Shown here: piece after piece, positions 14,176-25,867 of the stretch | Position numbering within the stretch: the stretch's first letter is position 1 | How the letters are laid out: the number at the start of each line of letters is the position of its first letter | Origin: Botryllus schlosseri | Taxonomy: Eukaryota | Length of the DNA stretch: 64,000 nucleotides | Reading direction: 5' to 3' | Assembly: GCA_051294905.1 (NCBI GenBank) | Contig: CM119381.1 | Location: 17,112,001 to 17,176,000, forward strand | Translations under genes and position numbers: made by a program | The notes under the pieces: generated by a model | What the model saw: only the letters and a program-made list of their open reading frames with translations | What the model was told of the DNA's origin: nothing | Database searches by the model: none

Positions 14176-15477
14176 CAGGGACGTAACCGCACTTCGTCAG
14201 CCCCCCTCCAAAACGTTGGTCACGGGCCCCCCACGTGGTGATAAACCGAACTTCTGGGGGGCCTAACCCCCCAGACCCCCGATTGGCTATACGCTGTGTA
14301 CCGCTACTCATCATCTGTGTTCACCGTCCGTTTAGTGGGGCAGCTTTGTTCGTCCACACGCGCAAAGCGCAAAAAATTTCAAAATTCATGATTTAACCGG
14401 TCAATGTAATCGGGAATTGAATATATATTGTAATCAATTCTTATCCTCTCTCTGCCCACGTAATCAGATTTAACGGTAGACCTGAGTGAGGTGTGTTTGA
14501 AATGGCAGGAGCCCTCAATCAAAATTGAACATCTTCGGGCGCATACCCGTTCGCAGGAACGAAACAGCACTTGGCCAGCCCCCCCAATAAAACTTGGGTC
14601 TTGGGCTCCTATAGGGTGATAAACCGCACCCCCTCCCATCACGTTGTTCGCTTTTGTCACGAAATAAGGGCCACAGTTTATTGAGCCAGCGCGAAGCGCG
14701 AAAATAATCGATAATTCATGATAAAATCGGTCAATAATATTGGGAATTGCATAAATGCATATATATTGCTATCAATTTCTTGTTCTCTCTGTTCACGTTG
14801 TCAGATTTACCGGTAGAGCTGAATGAGGTGGCTTGGAAACTGTAGGGCCCGTAAATAATAATTAAACATATTCGGGCGGGCGGCCCCGTTGGTATGACTT
14901 CGTTTCATGATGTCATTTCGTGATGTCCTGTCTGTTATATCAAAAAATACAGAATCGCCCAAATGTACTAGACTAACGACGCACGTGATTTCAAATTGGT
15001 ATTTCTTTATGGGCATACAATTTTTCCCTGCGGAATGGTATTTGTCTTCTGAGGTTCAGATTGCCAAGACAGGAACTTTCGGCGCCAGTCATTTAGGCGC
15101 CTATGGAAAATTAAACCTATATGCATTTTGCATAACGATTAACGAAGTTTTCGGTCAGCGTAAGCGGGCAGTCCTTTTTGGCCCAGGGTTTCTCGCTGCC
15201 CATCGTTCTGGCACACTTCTTGGAGTCGCATGTTACATGTTCTAAAACTTTAAATGTCTCGCCGATATGTCCATTTCGATAAATCTTGCGTATTTTGTCT
15301 TGGGGAAGAGTAGGCTACCAAATAACTAAGAAAGTTGGCAACTTGAAATCACACGCAGCGCGAAATTTTTTTGAAAAATACTCAATAATTTATGCTAATT
15401 CGCGAAATAATTTTGGGCCACCTTCGAGCTCGCCCCCCCCCAATTGAGGGGTTTGGGGTGCGGCGGTTACGGTCCTG
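14176..15477. mobile_element. hAT-type MITE nested in the long-TIR element
   Basis: TIRs cagggacgtaaccgc / gcggttacggtcctg with exact 8-bp TSD CTAGTCAT (14168-14175, 15478-15485). A related partial copy lies at ~6241-6560. Confidence 0.9.
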
Positions 15478-17546
15478 CTAGTCATACTCAGTTTCTGCGG
15501 TTATCGGACAGGCATTATATAAGACTACAAGACAGTTGCAATATTATTTGTTATATTCATACTCGAGTTTCTGCAGTTAATATAGGACATATTTTCAATC
15601 AACGATATCGTGAATTGCATATCGGTATAGTTCGAGATCTTTCCACTTGTTCACTTTGTAGTATTCTTCAGTCTTTCTTTCCATGTATTCATCTCACAAT
15701 AGCCAATGCACACGAACCAGATATGCTATACCTTCTGTCATTACATTCATATACGTAGCAAACTCTACAAAGGATCAAAGCCACAATATCACATCAATCT
15801 CGTGAGAAATGTAACATAGGCTACACAGTATTATTCACTAGTCATAACGACTCGCCACTGCTACCTAAATGTTGAACTGTCTAACTAATTCCGACGCAAC
15901 TTCAAGAAATACACGAAGAATCGCCTTGAACGCCATTGAAACAAGCACTAAGCTATCCTGTTTTGGGTGGATCCATCTGACCGTGACCATTCTGCCGGCT
16001 AACAATGGGAGAACAACCGAGTCGTCACTCCAGTCATACTCTATAATGGCACTTGTTCAATGTTCATGCCACAGAAAGCTGAACAACAAACGGGAAAACT
16101 GAAATTGAAAAGAATGATTGCTTAATTGTGGACATTCGTTGAAATTTGGGATAACCCAAAAAGCAAAACATGATACAGAATTGCAGATCACTCCAGAAAA
16201 GGTAGATTGCAATGCAGGAAGCATAGTTTCTCTGCATGCTCACCCAGTTAAACTCGTCATGCAGGGGAAAATCTGGTCTTGGTAAATCTTGGTCGCTTCG
16301 ACATCATCCCATATCTGTTCGTTACATTGCATTGTGTCTTGAACGGACGAATAGGATAAAATAAACAGCTGATCTCTTAAATTAGGCACCTCGGAAGTGT
16401 TGCTTTGCAATGCCATCGTGCTGAATGTATCATGCTCCACCCACCTGGAAGGACTGGAATGCAGGCTAGGTGCTAACTGCTCAGATAGGCTGGTAAAATA
16501 TTGACCTTGGGAACACTCGTCTGCGCCATGGGTACTCATCCGGTCGTCTTCAGGCCCGCTCACGAAGTCTAGCTCCAGTCAAAGCTTCTGTACGCCACAC
16601 CTCGTTATTCCGGTATCCTAGACTGAACATAATCGAGTACCTGCGTGCTTCGATCCTGAATCGAGCATTAGGCTTCCAATCAAGCATCGCTCCAGAGATA
16701 ATTTGGGATTTTTCGATTGTACACTCTGACAATATTGAGCGTTAATCACGGCTGTACTTGTACAGTACACGATACATAAATGTCGATCTCATCAACTTGC
16801 GCAGGTTTTTGTCGTTTTAAATGCTCTGGTATGACTAATCGCAGATTCAGGGCTCTCAAATCGGGAACGAAGTATCGAAATTATAATTATCTTTCATGAC
16901 GCAACTCTAAGTACCCAAAAAAATCGTCTCTCGCCACTTTGCTCGAATCATTGTTATATGTATTCGACTCAACCTTCAGCATAAGGTCTGATTACGCCAA
17001 CAAAAATAGTGTAAGGATAACAGCAGGAGTCGCTCCAGCCATAGGTGCAAAATTGGTACTGAAACCCCATGTTACTACCATCAAGACGCACACCAACGGT
17101 AAATGAAGGAACGAATGTGCGATATTGCATTTTTAATAACATCCAAACACAAATACGCTTCCAACTCAAGAATTGCTATAAATTATGATGACAGGAAGCA
17201 ACTACTCATCATGATTACTATACATGGAATATGATATATCATACTAAACGTAATATACAATATAAATAACAAAGGTATTTAGAGTGGTGATCCTATCATC
17301 GGAATCAGCTCAAGTATACTACCGCAACCAACTCTTAGGCTGGTGAGCCACCATTTATCTATGAGTATGCGCATAACGACTGAAGACTAACATTATCTAC
17401 TGCAAGGTGCTGGAAATTAGATGTGTAGTTCAAACATTTCACACCGCCGTTACAAATGCACTCAGCCCGGGTCAGGTTGGACTTGAAGACATGGTATAGG
17501 ATGACGACAAAGGTCCGTGCTCGAGGACTTGTTGATGTGGAATCGA

Positions 17547-19819
17547 TCAATTTCTGTTCAACGCCGAGGTAGCGGCTTGAGTGGCGGCACTTTGCACACC
17601 TGGGTTTTTCATCACACCGGAGGCGAATTCCTGTTGAGCTTTCTCAAAGCTGGCACCACTTGTTCGGTAGATGGAATGCACCTGGAAAGCGACTTGGACA
17701 TCAGCCTCCATTCGGCAGGAGGCTCCAGAATAGGGATGTCCCCACCGACCCCACGAGCACAAATGGACGATAACAAAGTAATCAAGTAGGATCAATGTAG
17801 TAATAGTAATAGGTATACCTATTATTGAGTTGAGGTAACAATGTTTGCAAAAAGTATCATATTTTTAACAAAAACAATTGCAGCATTCTGCAGTTGATAA
17901 CTGGTGAGATATTTACACATATATGTGAATAGGTCACAATGCCTTGAAGCGGAGTTATTGCCGTCAAAAAATTCTGATTTGAATAAAAAAGTATCTACGG
18001 TGAGCACAACTTTAATAAATAAACAAAGAATCGGTCACCGTAAATACTATTTTATTCAAATCAAAATTTTTCAACGGCAATAACTCCACTTCCACTGGTT
18101 GGAATTGAACCAAATTTGGTGAGCATCGTTTCTATAGACAGCCTAACACTTTCATGGGGTGAACAAAAAATTTTAAAAATTTTTTATTATTTATTTTTAC
18201 ATAATAAATAGAAACTTTCTTTTCCTGTAGCAAAGCGGTTACTGGCTGGAATTGAACCAAATTTTGTGTGTAGGCTTAAATTAGGTAACCTAACAATTTT
18301 ATCAAGTAGCCAGTACGATTTGAGAAAATTGTCATTTTTGAAGAGCCCTAATGCTCATCTCTTGATTTAATCGCAGAGGTGGTCAAAGTAGTCAAGAAAG
18401 CTACTCAAGTAGAAGTGGGAGGATTAAACTACTTCTACTTGACAAACTGAAAATAGCGAAAAGTAAGTAAGTATATCACACAATATTATGAAGTAGAAGT
18501 AACAAATATTAGTTCTACTTGAGTACGTCAAATAAGTAGAAGTACTTCGTTACTGGTCACCTCTCGTTAATCACATTGTTTCTTCTTGCAATTTCAAGTG
18601 ATGTCACAAGCATAGGAGAGCGACGTCACTTAATGTTGGGAATAACCCAGCAGTTTCCCCTTAACTATGGTTCATTAGGGGGGCAGGAAATAATGGATAC
18701 CGTGTTCGGGATATCTTGACAACCACTAGTCTACAATCAGTAAACAATCGAATTAGTACTTTCTTGCAAGTTGTTTGCAGAGCTTTTAATACAAGTAACT
18801 GAAATTTGTTTGGATACTATATCTCCACAGACTTTGGATGTACTTTCATCTCAAGTAGCCTGGGCCTACTTGAATAGTTTAACACAAATTCGGCAAGGTA
18901 AGAATATGGTATGAAGTACCTTTTTCAGCAGAACTATTTCCAAAATCGTATTGACACCAAACAGAAACGCCATGACGAACGCTATCACAGCGACGCCAAT
19001 GTTTTGTTTCTGAATGATTGACAGTGCGGTGATCAGCCCTGCATACCCAGAGTTGGTGATCCCGATCGCCATGATGAAGCTGGTGATAACCTGGATAAAT
19101 CAACAATGCAATCGTTAACACACCATACCAACCATTCGAAAATTTAATACACCTACCTGACAAAACATGATAAAAAAGTAGAAGAAGAACCAGAAGGAGC
19201 TGTCCGATTTGAACGCATTGTAAGCGGGTCTGTACCAGCACAGAGAGCAAGGAGAAAACAAACAAAACCAAAGGATCGCCAGGCCGAAACCGACTCCATA
19301 CTCTGTGTCGACGATGAAGATTGCTAATGACGCGAATATATTCAAGAACAAAATCATCACGTAGAACATCCACGAGTAATAGAGCAATTTGATAATGCGT
19401 TGCGACTGTAATGGTATGTCCAGTCCAAAATCTTGATAGAAGCAAGGCCCGAAAGGACACCAGGTTGGGAACGGAGGCCAATTGTTGGCTCTCGCATTCA
19501 CAGCGCCAGCATTGAGCTGGCGCTCTCTCTGCGCAAGCTCCTCAGCTTTACGCTCTAATTCTTCTTGTCTTCGCAGCAATTCTTCCTGACCTTGCACAGC
19601 TTGCTGTTGAGGCGTAGGCTGCGAGTCTTTCGTCGCCGCCGGGGTGGGAGAATAAGCCGGAGGTGAGCCGGTAGGCTCCATGACTGCCGGCTGAGATTTC
19701 GCTTCGCCTTGATTCGCGAAAGGATTGTAGTCTTCGAGATTGGACTGTTGCGAAGTGGCGGTGGCGTTAGTCACAGACTGATCTGCGAAGGGATCGGAGA
19801 AAGGGTTTGCGTCTGACAT
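17547..19819 (-). CDS. SCAMP: Secretory carrier-associated membrane protein, paralog A (3 exons)
   Basis: Exons 19157-19819, 18920-19090 and 17547-17681. Shows NPF repeats, PPAY, coiled coil [25 protein letters not shown]-peptide [11 protein letters not shown], four TM segments and [15 protein letters not shown]. Confidence 0.95.
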
Positions 19820-21587
19820 GGTTCGGTTTGTTATCACCCGAGGCAAGCGTTCACCGGAGGACACCCGCTAATTACCGTTAAGCATAATAAATTCTGAAGA
19901 GAAGAGACTCATGGTTGAATGCCTGCAAATAATATGGCTCGAGCATGCTGCAGCAATATGCCAGAATGCATGTTGCTGAAAAATATAAATTAAAAAGTCA
20001 CAAGGCATACATGCAACAGTTAGTAAGTTAGTAAACCCGAATATCTCAGTGAAAATGGTAATTGAAATGGACAAGTCAACAGGCGAGAATCGGTAGATGG
20101 GCAGGTGGAACAGGATTGGATAAAAAAAACACAATATAATGCAATAAACGTGCAGAATGTGAAAAGGCCAAGCTTCATAAATATTGCTCACAGTAATTAT
20201 AGGAATAGTCCATGCTGTTATTAGAGGACAGACTGTTCGATGTTGAGAACTATCAATTTAGAATATTGATAAACTCTCACAGTTGCAGTATTTTTGCTGG
20301 AAGGAAAATATTGCTTGTAGCGTATGGCAGAATCAATTTCAAACCAAACATTTATAAAAATACACTGCGTGATCAAATTTTCGACAGCTTGAAATGCTAC
20401 ACAAATGCATGGAAGTTCGAAAACAATGGAACATACAAATCGAACAAATATTGTGTCGAAACAGAAGTAAAAAAGAGCGTCACCGTGTTACAAAATAAAA
20501 AATATGCAGTCGTGCACAAAAAATTAAGTCACCGGGAATATAATGGTTATGAAACCAAATCTCACCTCCGGATAAAATATCACTCGGCAAAAGTCCAATG
20601 GAGTGCTAACAACGCAGCCATCTGGGATAAATCCCAAGTCGTCAAGATATGATGGACCTGGTCAGTGGTTGATGACATCTCGACCAATAAATCCAATTAC
20701 AGGCACATTAATTTTAAAAATTCAATTCAATATCACAATGGTGACATCAATTTTTTCGTCAAGGTATATGGGTAGTTAATCAAGAGGTGGTACCAAAGAA
20801 GCATTTGAATTTGACATTTTTGTGAAAAGGACCAGCTAATTCTTGGCGATATGGAGATGAGTATCATTAAATATGCAGTTCTGTCCTGCATTGCAATAGG
20901 CAGGCGATAAGAAAACATTATACACGATTACAATGTTGAGGCAGCTATGTCTCGAGTAGAGTTTGTGTCAACACAACTATGATCCTAACAGGATCTTTCA
21001 GTATACAGTGCAATAATACTGCAACCAACACGAGAAGAGCATTAGCCTTAAAATAGGGCAGGCGAGTCATGTTGCAAGGCAACCCCTAGAAATGGCCTAT
21101 GTGCCCCATACAAGGCTGCTATCTGATGACTGAGCTCATAATACGTTCAAGTGACCATCAGGTCGCAGCTATGCTCCTATTTACATAATCCATAGCATAA
21201 CTGTAGTCTATAAGCGACACATTTACAGCTTGAATGAACTTTTAGTTCTCTCGCACCAGGCCTATCCTATTTTACACATTGGCTGAAAATAATAGGCTAC
21301 CACATTTGATATGGTCACTAATTTCAGTGAAATAGTAGAAGTAAAACTTCAGGGTATGGATGATTGCTCTTAGCAACACTTTGAATCACAGAGCAATATC
21401 TTTCAGAAAACCTAGAGTAAGTAAATTGATAGGCTATGCAATGGAAATGGCTTCCTTTCGATGGAAGCAGCAGCAATTATAGGCAGTCCAAACCGCATGA
21501 TGCAAGATGTATTTGTGTACATTCTGTACGATTATCAATCCTAGTATAAAAATGCAATATATTTGTCCAATTTCAGTGGTATGTCTC

Positions 21588-23787
21588 TTAACTTCCTCTT
21601 ACAGCCGCAGCTGCGGCTTGACCGGCTGCTTGTTGTACGCCAGGGTTTTTCACAACACCGCTCGCGAATTCCTGCTGAGCTTTCTCAAAACTGGCTCCAC
21701 TTTGTCGATAGATTTCATGTACCTTCCGGAATATAGATTATCAGTAGTAACAGGAGCGGAATGTAGTAAAAAGTAATGTCAAGTACCCTTTTCAGAAGAA
21801 AAATATTCACGAGTACGTTGAAGGTGAACATAGCAGATATTATAAACCCCAAAACTCCAATTCCGTGATACTGGCCCTTATCAGAGCCGTAGACACCCAG
21901 ACTTGTTATCCATCCTGCATAACCAGCATTGGGTATCCCGACAGCTTGAATTATGCTCATGATTACCTGGGTGAAAAAAACGACACACATTTAACTTCCT
22001 CAAACAACACACCTGCGAGGCGTGCATTCATGACATGGGTTTCTGATGTTATCGAATTCAGCTGTGCATTTTGATGACAATACTATAAAAACATGCAAAT
22101 CCAAGATTGAGTAATAGCGGGCTTTCAAATAAAGATTTAGCACTTGCTCGGAATATATAGGTCAGTATGCTAACATAAATAATAGTCTGACCAATCTCCA
22201 AAATGCTACTTAATACAATACATAGAAATAAATTTAATAGGGATGTTCAAAAATGACTTTTTTTCTCAAATTGCACTGGTTACTTGATGAAATTGTTACG
22301 TTACCTAATTAAAGGCTGCACACCAAATTTGGTTGAATTCCGACCAGTAGCAGCACTGCTACAAGAGAAGAAAGTTTCAATAGGCCTATATAAAAAAATA
22401 AAATTTCTGTTCATCGCATGAATATGTTAGGTTGTCTATAGAAACGATGGTCATCAAATTTGACTCAATACCAACCAGTGGAAGCGGAGTTACTGCCATC
22501 GAAAAATTCGGGTCTGAATAAAAAATATTTAAAGTGGCAAATTCTTCAATTATTTATTATAAGTCTGCCCACCGTAAATACTCTTTTATTCAAATCCAAA
22601 TTTTTCGACGGCAATAACTCCGCTTCCACTGGTTGGAATTGAGCCAAATTTGGTGACCATCGATTCTATAGACAACCTAACAATTTCACGGGGAGAACAG
22701 AAAATTTTGAAATTCTTTTCATTCATTTTTATATAATAGATATAAAACTTCCTTCTCTTGTAGCAATGAGTCTACTGGTTGGAATTGAACCAAATTTGGT
22801 GTGCTGCCTTCAATTATAAGCGTGGTTGATGGATCTTAATGAATGTCGATTCCAGCGCGGACTGGATAGAGGCCGCACACTGTTCCACTTAGCCTTCAAT
22901 TAGGTAACCCAACAATTTTATCAAGTAACCAGTGCAATTTGAGAGAAAGTCATTTTTGAACACCCCTAATCATCAATCCTCAAAACTGACAAGTAGAACA
23001 GTCTGCAACGAACTTTGTTCAGACAACAGAAGCAGTAGTTCACTTCATCTGTTTACTGTCTCGAAGCTCCCATATATAGTGTACTAATGACAGAAGATCG
23101 AACACGTCTTACCTGAGCGAACATTATGAAAAAGAAGAAGAAGAACCAAAACGAGCTGTCCGACCGGAATGCATTGTAGGCTGGTCTGTACCAACACAGC
23201 GAACATGGCGTGTTGACAACGAACCAGAGAATGGATAACCCAAAGTTTACGCCGAGTTTGTTATCGGCGTAGAACATAGCAGCAGAAGCAATCATGTTCA
23301 AGAACATCAGCATCGAATAAAACAACCACGCGTAATATATCAATTTCACGGTCGTTTGAGATTGGACTGGGATTTCAAGGTCAAAGTCTTGGAAGAAGCA
23401 AGGCCCGACGGGGCAAAAGCTCGGCAACGGCGGCCAATTATTGGTTCGCGCATTGTAATTTCCCGAATTCAGCTGCTGCTCTCTTTTAGCAAGCTCCTCG
23501 GCTTTCCGCTCGAGCTCCTCTTGCCTTTTCAACAGCTCTTCCTTGCCCAACGCGGCCTGCTGTTGGGGGGTGGGCTGGGGATTTGAAGACGCGATTGGTG
23601 ACGGGGTATACGCGGGTAGGACGGGGTTTGAAGTAGGCTCCACAACGGCGGGCTGCGAATTGGATTGTCCCTGACTTGCGAAAGGATTGTAGTCTTGCAA
23701 ATCGGCTTTGGAGGATTGGCCAGTTGCGTCGGTAACTGACCGATCGGCAAACGGATCAGAAAATGGGTTGGAATCAAAATCGGACAT
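21588..23787 (-). CDS. SCAMP: Secretory carrier-associated membrane protein, paralog B (3 exons)
   Basis: Exons 23113-23787, 21787-21966 and 21588-21722, with the same motifs ([36 protein letters not shown]) and the same intron positions as paralog A. Confidence 0.95.
22238..22969. mobile_element. Palindromic MITE in SCAMP-B intron 1; a partial sister copy lies at ~17950-18350 in SCAMP-A intron 2
   Basis: TIRs tagggatgttcaaaaatgac / gtcatttttgaacaccccta, with internal arms that are inverted around ~22550. Confidence 0.8.
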
Positions 23788-24581
23788 GATCGTTAACTAT
23801 ATTTCAGCAATGATTTAACATAATTTCTGAATTGAACAAAAAATAATTCACAACAGGCATAGACAAAAGTATGATTTCCATCAACCAAGACCAGATAATC
23901 TATAAAAGTTGGAGCAGTGTCACCAGACTTACCGTTTGTAGGAACCAGTCTCAGACGCGTAAATAAATATTATTGAGTCATTTTGGGAGAATTCGGAAAA
24001 GACAATTTTCAAGAGAATCGTCAATAAAATGAACTATATCTTATAATGAAACACAACACCAATCAAAAATGATTAGTCAAGAGTAGTTACAGCCACTGAA
24101 AAAGCAAGCTTTACAGCGTAAATTACTATACCAACTTCAAACCTGTCTTAGCTTGAACAATAACGCTAGCCTTCAATATAGGGTTCAACATATTGAGCAT
24201 GAACACCCCAAATGACTGTATTACTCGGTCTCGGGATCCAGATTCATACTATCAATTAGAGGACTGGTGTTTCTGTACATTCAAACACACAATTCAATTG
24301 AGGCAAGCTTCATCCCTGCCTATTCTGCCTACATTTGACATTGAACATAGGTTCGAGCACCATAATCAATAGATCAATATCGAAAGGTATTAGGCTAAAA
24401 TGATGGATAGGGATTTAGCAGCTGGGGAGAGTGTAGCTCTAGCGCACCACTCCGACCAAACTAAGAGCCTTAGTGAAATGACGACTTTTCTACACGTTAT
24501 ACACTTATATACCGTAGTAAGATCTTCATCGAGGTACAGAACTTCAATATACAATTGAATAGTACATTCATATTGAAATGA

Positions 24582-24614
24582 ACCCGAATATTTTCGGCTG
24601 ACACTCGTCAGGGG
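24582..24614 (-). ncRNA. Minimal type I hammerhead ribozyme motif, core intact
   Basis: Minus strand reads accc CTGACGA gtgtcagc CGAAA atatt C gggt: CUGANGA and GAAA boxes, a 1-bp stem II, palindromic AATATT stem III, UC cleavage site and accc/gggt stem I. Confidence 0.8.
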
Positions 24615-25765
24615 TGATCGTCAGCAACTAATAGAGAATTGGAAAGAACATTGTATATCAACAATCATATCACAAAATATGACGTCACCAGCATGAAATT
24701 TTGAATTCAAGAGAGCTTTCAATGTAGGCCTACTATTTTTAGATGGTACACAAACTCCTTTTGTTGACACAGCCTTGGCAGGTGTATTTTGATAAAAGTC
24801 GACTCCAAGGCACATAAATGAAAGTGTGAACGGTCCCTCCCGGCAACGTGAAATCTGTTGTCTCAAGATAATTTTTCACACAAACGGGATTATCCAACAG
24901 ACGCTTGGCAATGGCAGAATTTATGGCCTTTGGCACTCATATTCGTACACGACAGACGACATTACTTTGTTGAAGTGCAGGAAGCACGTCTTTGGAACTT
25001 GACAACATCCGCAAAATCTTGCTGCGGCATAGAGAGGAAATTAACGCAATTTCAGGCGGAAAAGTCAACCGACCCTACCTACCGAACGAACAACCAAAGA
25101 TGTTTATATCCATCTACCTTGGATCGGTCTTGTTTCCACTCGCTTTGAAAAGCAATTGATTTCTGCAGTTAGTAAGTGTTACGACACAGTGAAGGCCAAC
25201 ATTATTTTTATGACAACGCGACTGCTCCTATGCTCCCTGCAACACGTAAAGAAATGCTTCCTTCACTTCAACTAAGTAATGCAGCGTATGAATATAAGTG
25301 CCGCTATGCTTGTGGCTATGTGGGAAGAATGTCAAACTGTGTGCAGGAACTTATATATCAGCCAAGTCCCTCGATTTATCAAAGCACGCAAATCACGCTC
25401 CGTGAAAAGCTCACCATTGACTCATCCCAATAAGGCTGATGCGATGCAATCAAAGGCCATAAATTATGCCATTGGCAAGCATCTGTAGGATAATCCCGTT
25501 TGTGCAACCTATTATAGAGACTACAGATTTCGAGTCACTGGGAGGGGCCTTTTACACTTTAATTTATGTGCCTTGGAGTCGACTTTTATCAAAATACACC
25601 AATCAGGCAACCGAGGCTGTGTCAACAAAAGGAGTTCGAGCACCATCTAAAAATAGTACATTGAACCCTTTCTTCATCGAAATTTCATGCTGGTGACGTC
25701 ATATTTTGTGATACGATTGTTGACATACAATGTTCTTTCCAATTCTCTACTAGTTGCTGACGATT

Positions 25766-25799
25766 ACCCCTGACGAGTGTCAGCCGAGAATATACGGGT
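25766..25799 (+). ncRNA. Hammerhead ribozyme motif, degenerate copy
   Basis: accc CTGACGA gtgtcagc CGAGA atatac gggt; GAAA is changed to GAGA and U16.1 is lost. Confidence 0.6.
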
Positions 25800-25867
25800 T
25801 CATTTCAATATGAATATACTACCGGTATTCAATTTATATTTATTTAGTAACAAAGCAAACTTCCAAG

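Larger units (their letters stand above)
12572..16045 (+). mobile_element. DNA transposon with ~230-bp TIRs (12572-~12804 and ~15813-16045) and 7-bp TSD ATGGCAC; superfamily uncertain, possibly P/Galileo-like
   Basis: Near-identical TIRs TATAGAGTATGACTGGAG.../...CTCCAGTCATACTCTATA. ATGGCAC lies at 12565-12571 and 16046-16052, while the empty site in the sister MITE at ~26280 has a single aaggcac. Confidence 0.9.
12424..16272. mobile_element. Interrupted hAT MITE (TAGAGGTCGACCGAT family) hosting the long-TIR element
   Basis: 12424-12571 and 16046-16272 match, in reverse orientation, contiguous sequence of the intact copy at 25868-26430. Confidence 0.85.
24532..25830 (+). mobile_element. 5'-truncated Penelope-like retroelement (RT thumb/linker plus GIY-YIG remnant) with an inverted pseudo-LTR at its 5' end
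   Basis: Broken frames give ELDNIRKILL, IHLPWIGLVSTRFEKQLISAVSKCYDTVKANIIF, LPSLQLSNAAYEYKCRYACGYVG and AINYAIGKHL*DNPVC. The segment 24532-24936 is an inverted copy of the 3' end. Confidence 0.85.

Noticed and set aside
12569-16048. Reading the long-TIR element as CACTA/EnSpm because CACTA appears at the left junction
   Set aside because: The right end would be CATTA with no 2-3-bp TSD, whereas the empty site supports an exact 7-bp duplication.
16992-17100. Minus-strand hydrophobic tail resembling a GPI signal (APMAGATPAVILTLFLLA*)
   Set aside because: Short, with no convincing splice acceptor or partner exons; it lies just downstream of SCAMP-A.
18879-19481. 200-aa ORF from the ORF track
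   Set aside because: It is an alternative frame over SCAMP-A exons and intron with no independent homology.
20212-20652. 146-aa plus-strand ORF between the SCAMP genes
   Set aside because: No recognisable domain; its composition is consistent with an AT-rich chance ORF.
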